A DNA stretch of 51,634 nt, taken from NCBI GenBank assembly GCA_034189815.1, contig JAXHUD010000001.1, positions 1 through 51,634 of the forward strand. Direction: 5' to 3'. The stretch is from Chloroflexota bacterium (GTDB lineage Bacteria; Chloroflexota; Anaerolineae; Anaerolineales; Anaerolineaceae). The stretch's first letter is position 1. Each line of letters begins with the position of its first letter. The notes beneath the pieces were generated by a model that was given only the letters and a program-made list of their open reading frames with translations, ran no database searches and had not been told where the DNA came from. Positions 46,811 through 51,634 of this stretch are shown piece by piece. Both the position numbers and the translations under genes were made by a program.

Positions 46811-47614
46811 CTATTCAATAATCTCCGGCATTGTGATCAAATGATAGGCGAGGGTTTCAAGGTCGCGCGCCTTTTTTGAGCTGCCTAGCTGCTCCATAAT
46901 CTCCTCAAAATGGCTGCGGATGATCTCGCTCTCGCCGATATAAGAAAAAAGGTCCACCTCTCCGGAGATAATATCGCTCAGGCCCATCTTTTCGTAGAGC
47001 TCACTGACCAGCCCGTAGCTCCACTGTTCGGAAATCTTGAGTTCGTCCGCCAGGTCTCGCCGTCCCAGGCTGAAGATGAAGGCAAATCGGGCCACTTCGG
47101 CTTCGTGTTCCGTGAAGCCAGGCAGATGCTGGCGTCCATCCAGGATAAGTTTGTTCTCAGGCAGAGGCTTATTCATATCAATCGCCAGAGAAAGCGTCCC
47201 GGGCGTGAAGACCCAATGGCCGTCGTAGGCGAAGGTGATCACCCAGCTAAGCGAGTAACCGACTTCGTGTTTGAGCACATAGCCACAAACGCGGGGTTCA
47301 TCCATTTGTTGAATGATGTGGGCTTCAGGCCGGATGCCGGTGAGCAAAATTTTCGCATCACTCTTTTGTTCGGTCAGCTCGCTGCAAATATCGGAGATTG
47401 TAAATGCTTCCCCGAAGAGGTCCACGTCCAGAATTAAGACGTCAAAATCTTGGTGCGCATTACCCAGGAATTCGCAAAGCTCGACGCTTGTGCTGAACTC
47501 CCCGACCATCCGGGTGCGCCAGTCGCGCACCATCAGGAGGGCCATCCAGTTCCGGGAGAAAACGTCGTCTTCCAATATTGTGACAAGGATATCTTTAATC
47601 ACTTTTACCTGCAC
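46811..47614 (-). CDS. Orphan NarL/LuxR-like response regulator with divergent HTH and C-terminal extension
   Basis: LEDD acidic pocket, LILDVD, LLTG, GYVLK; FTEHEAEVA...DLADELKISEQ HTH-like; GTG start overlaps mscL end. Confidence 0.7.
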   Translation of the reverse strand: MQVKVIKDILVTILEDDVFSRNWMALLMVRDWRTRMVGEFSTSVELCEFLGNAHQDFDVLILDVDLFGEAFTISDICSELTEQKSDAKILLTGIRPEAHIIQQMDEPRVCGYVLKHEVGYSLSWVITFAYDGHWVFTPGTLSLAIDMNKPLPENKLILDGRQHLPGFTEHEAEVARFAFIFSLGRRDLADELKISEQWSYGLVSELYEKMGLSDIISGEVDLFSYIGESEIIRSHFEEIMEQLGSSKKARDLETLAYHLITMPEIIE

Positions 47615-48089
47615 TATCTGCTAACTGCGATGTGCAGAAGGGACAACGCGTTGCTTCAATCGGGATGGCTTTGTAACAATGGGGACAATCCTTTTCAGTA
47701 GGTACGGTTTCTTTTTCTGCCTCCGCTTTTTTAAAGCCGTTTTCAAGCGCATTGATGCCTTTGATGATGAGGAACACCCCGATCGCCAAAAGCAGGAAAC
47801 TGATCAGGTCCGTCACGAATTGGCCGTAATTGAGAGTGACCGCGCCGGAATCCTGCGCCATCTGGAGTGTGGCGCCGGGGGGCAGAACTCCCTGGCCCTG
47901 CCTGAGAACGATGAAAAGATCTGCAAAATCGACGTTACCGATCAGCAGACCCAGCGGGGGCATCAGGAGGTTGTTGACGATGGAATTGACCACGGAACTA
48001 AATGCCGAACCGATGATAATACCGATGGCCAAATCGATCACGTTGCCGCGCATGATAAAGTCACGAAAGTCTTTAAGTAGTTTTTTCAT
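47595..48089 (-). CDS. mscL: Large-conductance mechanosensitive channel with C-terminal zinc ribbon
   Basis: FRDFIMRGNVIDLAIGIIIGSAF, NYGQF; C-terminal CPHC...CPFC. Confidence 0.93.
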   Translation of the reverse strand: MKKLLKDFRDFIMRGNVIDLAIGIIIGSAFSSVVNSIVNNLLMPPLGLLIGNVDFADLFIVLRQGQGVLPPGATLQMAQDSGAVTLNYGQFVTDLISFLLLAIGVFLIIKGINALENGFKKAEAEKETVPTEKDCPHCYKAIPIEATRCPFCTSQLADSAGKSD

Positions 48090-48229
48090 TGTATTTAATT
48101 TCGCTTTCAGTCATAATTAAGATGGCATGTTATTTTGATTATAATATGTTTGTCAGATGATTGAAAACCGAATTGACACGAATTGAAGAATTATTTCGTT
48201 ATTGAGAGTAAGGAATTGTGAGGCATTTT

Positions 48230-49198
48230 ATGAAACGTGTCGCAGTTTTAACAAGCGGTGGGGATGCACCAGGAATGAATGCGGCGATCAGGGCAGTTGT
48301 GCGCTGTGGTGTGGCCAAGGGTTGGGAAATGTACGGCGTTCGCAATGGTTATGCCGGATTGATTTCCGGGAATATCCGCCAAATGGGGACCCGAGATGTC
48401 GGTGGGATCCTCCAAAAAGGCGGTACGATCCTCGGTTCCGCACGTTGCGAAGAGTTCAAGACCGAAGAAGGGCGGCTGAAGGGAATCCGTTCGCTACGCC
48501 AGTTGGGAATCGATATATTGGTCGTCATCGGAGGGAATGGCTCCCAAACAGGCTCCTACCATCTTTATGATGAAGGTTTTCCAGTGGTTGGCGTAGCCTC
48601 CACGATTGACAACGACCTCTACGGCACTGAGATGACGATCGGGGTGGATACGGCCCTGAATATCGCTCTGGAGGCGATTGACCGGCTCAAGACCACCGCG
48701 ACGTCCCACCAGCGGGCTTTCCTGATCGAGGTCATGGGCCGTCAATGCGGTTACCTGGCTTTGATGGCGGGTATTGCCGGTGGTGCGGAATATATCCTGC
48801 TGCCGGAAGTGGAAACAGATCCGGAGGAAGTCGCGGAGAGCCTCCGCCTAGCCTATGAGCACGGCAAAGAGCACGCCATCATCGTCGTGGCCGAAGGCGC
48901 AAAGTATAATGCCGAAGCGCTCACGACTTATTTCGATCAGCATCATGACCGGCTCGGTTTCAAGATTCGAGCGACCATCCTCGGTCACGTACAGCGCGGT
49001 GGCGATCCCGGTGCATTTGACCGAATCCTCGCCAGCCAATTTGGCGCTGGCGCGGTGGAAGCCATCGAGCGGGAAGAATACGGCGTTTTGGTCGGCCTAA
49101 AAGAAGGCCAGGTCCAAACGACGCCATTGGATGTCGTTGTTTCGAACAAAAAACAGATTTCAATGGAGATGGTCCGCCTGGCCCGCATTTTAGATTAG
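48230..49198 (+). CDS. pfkA: ATP-dependent 6-phosphofructokinase
   Basis: LTSGGDAPGMNAA, GGTILGSAR, TIDND, EVMGR, LGHVQRGG; ATG 48230 after GAGG. Confidence 0.95.
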   Translation: MKRVAVLTSGGDAPGMNAAIRAVVRCGVAKGWEMYGVRNGYAGLISGNIRQMGTRDVGGILQKGGTILGSARCEEFKTEEGRLKGIRSLRQLGIDILVVIGGNGSQTGSYHLYDEGFPVVGVASTIDNDLYGTEMTIGVDTALNIALEAIDRLKTTATSHQRAFLIEVMGRQCGYLALMAGIAGGAEYILLPEVETDPEEVAESLRLAYEHGKEHAIIVVAEGAKYNAEALTTYFDQHHDRLGFKIRATILGHVQRGGDPGAFDRILASQFGAGAVEAIEREEYGVLVGLKEGQVQTTPLDVVVSNKKQISMEMVRLARILD

Positions 49199-49264
49199 GC
49201 CTGGTGAGAATATTAGTTGAACGGTCCAGATGCCTTAAGACCTTATTTATTCTCAAAAAAAAAG

Positions 49265-49286
49265 ACCACCGCTGTTAAACGGTGGT
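49265..49286. terminator. Bidirectional intrinsic terminator between pfkA and prfB
   Basis: ACCACCG-ctgttaaa-CGGTGGT flanked by an A-run and a T-rich run. Confidence 0.7.
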
Positions 49287-49309
49287 TATTTTATTATTTC
49301 GACGGGAAC

Positions 49310-50393
49310 TTAATCTGTCTTTCGGAGATAGGCTTCGATGAAGGGGTCAAGGTCGCCATCCAGCACGGATTGGGTGTCGCCTGTCTCGTGCTCGGTTCGG
49401 TGGTCTTTGACCAGTTGATAGGGGTGCAGCACATACGAACGGATTTGCGATCCCCATTCGGCCTTGGTGTATTCACCGCGCAGCTCGGAAATCTTCTCGG
49501 CTTGCGCTTCCTGCTTCATCTCCAAGAGTCGTGCTTTGAGCACCCGCAGCGCGTTCTCCCGGTTCTGCACCTGGGATCGCTCATTCTGACAGGTCACCAC
49601 CAACCCTGTGGGAATGTGGGTCAGACGCACAGCGGTCGCGTTCTTCTGCACGTTCTGCCCACCCGCTCCGGAAGATTTATATACATCGATCTTGATATCA
49701 TCGGGCGGGATCGTGATCTCATTTGCCTCGTTAAATTCCGGCAGGACTTCAACCAGCGCAAAGGATGTATGGCGGCGATGGGCGGCGTCAAATGGCGAAA
49801 GCCGTACCAGGCGGTGCACGCCTTTCTCCGGGCGCAAGTATCCATAGGCAAGGGGGCCGCTGACGCCGATGGTCGCGCTCTTGATCCCGGCCTCTTCACC
49901 ATCGGTCTGGTCAAGGATGTCCGTCTGGTAACCGTGCGCCTCTGCCCAGCGCAGATACATGCGCTCCAGCATTTCAGCCCAATCCTGCGAATCGGTGCCG
50001 CCCGCGCCGGCATGGATCGCCAGCAGGGCGTTCCCTCGGTCATATTTACCCGAAAGCAGGGTGTTCAGTTCGAGCCGGTCAATCTCGTCCTCGATCTGGC
50101 CGATCTCGGTTCCGAGTTCCGCCATCATCGAATCTTCCGCGATGTCGAGCATTTCAAGGGTGTCTTCCGTGCGCTTTTTGAGCGCCTCATAAGAACTGAT
50201 CGCATCCCGCAATGCGGATTGACGAATCATGATTTTCTGAGCCCGTTCGCGATTATCCCAAAGATGGGGATCCTGAGATTCCTTTTCTAATTTGCTGAGT
50301 TCATCCTTCTTATTTGAAAGGTCAAAGATGCTCCTGAAGGTTCAGCAGTTTTTCATATGCTTCCGTTAATCGAGCGCTCAAATCCGTTGCCAT
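49310..50393 (-). CDS. prfB: Peptide chain release factor 2, programmed +1 frameshift (about 360 aa)
   Basis: GGAGG-ATG at 50393, 23 codons to CTT-TGA-C; +1 frame carries GAGGTDSQDW, RLSPF, GAGGQNV, WGSQIRSY. Confidence 0.96.
50321..50335 (-). other. prfB +1 frameshift site
   Basis: AGGAG-CAT-CTT-TGA-C: internal SD plus slippery CTT-TGA. Confidence 0.93.
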
Positions 50394-50413
50394 CGTTCCT
50401 CCAAATAAGTTTT

Positions 50414-51322
50414 CTAAGCAATAATACCCTTGATAAAAGCTTCCCGGTCGAAGCGCTGCAGGTCGTCAACGCCTTCACCCAAACCGGCGTAAAGGATCGG
50501 CAGCCCAAGCTGCGCCTTGATGGCGAAGGCCATCCCACCTTTGGCGGATGAATCGAGTTTCGCCAGGATGACCCCGTCGATCTGCACGGCTTCCTGGAAG
50601 GCTTTGGCCTGCTGCAAGGCGTTCTGGCCCGTGGTGGCATCCAAAACCAGCCAGGTGGCGTGCGGCGCCCCGGACAAGGCCTTTCCGCTGACCCGGTGGA
50701 CTTTTTTGATCTCTTCCATCAGGTTATAACGGGTATGCAGACGTCCGGCTGTATCAATTAGAGCGATATCCTTCTTGCGTGAAATGGCCGCACTGATGCC
50801 GTCATAAGCCGCGGCGCCCGGGTCGCCATCGGGTTGTCCGGCCACCATTGGGACGTTGATCCGCTCTGACCAAACTTGCAACTGTTCAATCGCTGCAGCC
50901 CGGTAGGTATCCGCGGCCACAAGCAAGACAGATTTATTGTTTTGCTCAAAGCGGTGGGCGAGTTTTGCGGCTGTCGTGGTCTTCCCAGAGCCATTGACTC
51001 CGACTAACATAATGACGGTCGGAGTAAATGAGAATTCAGGAAAGTTTGGCGCCGCCAAACGGACAAGCAATTCCTCGCGCAGCGCTGTCATGATCTCGTC
51101 GACATGGGTCAGCCCCTGCTCGTAGACCTTTGTTTTGATGGCTTCGATCACGGCAAGAGACGTCTCGACGCCGATGTCAGCCTGGATCAGCAGGGCTTCC
51201 AGGTCTTCCCAGGTTTCATCATTCAGTTCAGACGCGCCCAGGAAATTGGAAATCCTGCCAAAAGTGACTTTGCGGGTTTTTTCAAGACCGTTGCGCCATT
51301 TATTTAAGATGTTTTCGCTCAT
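50414..51322 (-). CDS. ftsY: SRP receptor FtsY (NG domain only)
   Basis: GVNGSGKTTT, ADTYRAAAIEQL, DTAGRLH, DATTGQNA, KLDSSAKGG. Confidence 0.96.
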   Translation of the reverse strand: MSENILNKWRNGLEKTRKVTFGRISNFLGASELNDETWEDLEALLIQADIGVETSLAVIEAIKTKVYEQGLTHVDEIMTALREELLVRLAAPNFPEFSFTPTVIMLVGVNGSGKTTTAAKLAHRFEQNNKSVLLVAADTYRAAAIEQLQVWSERINVPMVAGQPDGDPGAAAYDGISAAISRKKDIALIDTAGRLHTRYNLMEEIKKVHRVSGKALSGAPHATWLVLDATTGQNALQQAKAFQEAVQIDGVILAKLDSSAKGGMAFAIKAQLGLPILYAGLGEGVDDLQRFDREAFIKGIIA

Positions 51323-51356
51323 ATCGGCTCGATTATATCATGTTGAGCTTGGGGAT

Positions 51357-51634
51357 TCAGCCGTTCTGTTCAACTTCTGTTGCCAACTGTCCGCATCCGG
51401 CCTGGATTTCAATGCCCCGGCGCAACCTGACCGATACGGGGATGTTATGTGAATCCAGAACTGCTGCGAACGCCCGCACCTGGTCTGCTGGAGTGCCTTG
51501 CTTATTGAATTCCTGCGTTGGGTTCAGCGGGATCAAATTGACATGGCAGAGCATTCCCCTGATCTTCCGGGCCAGGGCTTCTGCATCGCCCAAAGAATCG
51601 TTTACGCCTTCAATCAATGCGTATTCAAAGGTGA
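51357..51634 (-). CDS. rlmN: RNA methyltransferase RlmN, C-terminal part (truncated by window edge)
   Basis: TFEYALIEGVND, HVNLIPLNP, VRLRRGIEIQAGCGQL. Confidence 0.9.
   Translation of the reverse strand, partial: TFEYALIEGVNDSLGDAEALARKIRGMLCHVNLIPLNPTQEFNKQGTPADQVRAFAAVLDSHNIPVSVRLRRGIEIQAGCGQLATEVEQNG

Noticed and set aside
48123-48138. Possible sigma54 site TGGCATGTTATTTTGA upstream of pfkA
   Set aside because: No GC at the required GG-N10-GC spacing.
49217-50290. 357-aa plus-strand ORF
   Set aside because: Antisense shadow of prfB; no RBS or recognisable motifs.
49310-50393. prfB as a pseudogene because of the in-frame TGA
   Set aside because: Canonical programmed frameshift signal is present.
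1-51634. Mobile elements, prophage, defence island, tRNA/rRNA, riboswitches
   Set aside because: No integrase, transposase, cas or recognisable RNA gene motifs seen by eye; a covariance-model scan would be needed to exclude small RNAs.

Overview
Gene-dense bacterial chromosomal segment with about 45 CDS, mostly housekeeping and metabolic genes. I saw no rRNA, tRNA, CRISPR array, transposase, integrase or prophage. The content points to a fermentative anaerobe: 2-oxoacid:ferredoxin oxidoreductase alpha/beta, ADP-forming acetate-CoA ligase, pyk, pfkA, glycerate kinase, GH57 and GH13 glucan enzymes, argF-rocD. Pro/Thr-linker LysM and Tat L,D-transpeptidase proteins and the overall protein style suggest Chloroflexota/Anaerolineae (inference only). 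The best candidate for an undescribed system is a four-gene minus-strand operon at 33861-36848, outside any dcw cluster and behind a near-consensus sigma54 (-24/-12) promoter. It encodes a catalytically degenerate glycoside-hydrolase-like protein, an FtsZ whose T7-loop catalytic Asp is replaced by His (NVDFAH instead of NxDFAD), a 72-aa basic protein and a 74-aa membrane protein. Other signals: a near-perfect Rex operator at the acetate-CoA ligase/glycerate kinase divergon, about six apparently leaderless genes, a LutR-like operator at the GntR-OFOR operon, the prfB +1 frameshift, a HET-C/VWA7-like protein coupled to comEA, an FA2H/Scs7-like hydroxylase in an apparent anaerobe, and a lipoprotein serpin. 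All calls come from reading motifs by eye; no searches were run.
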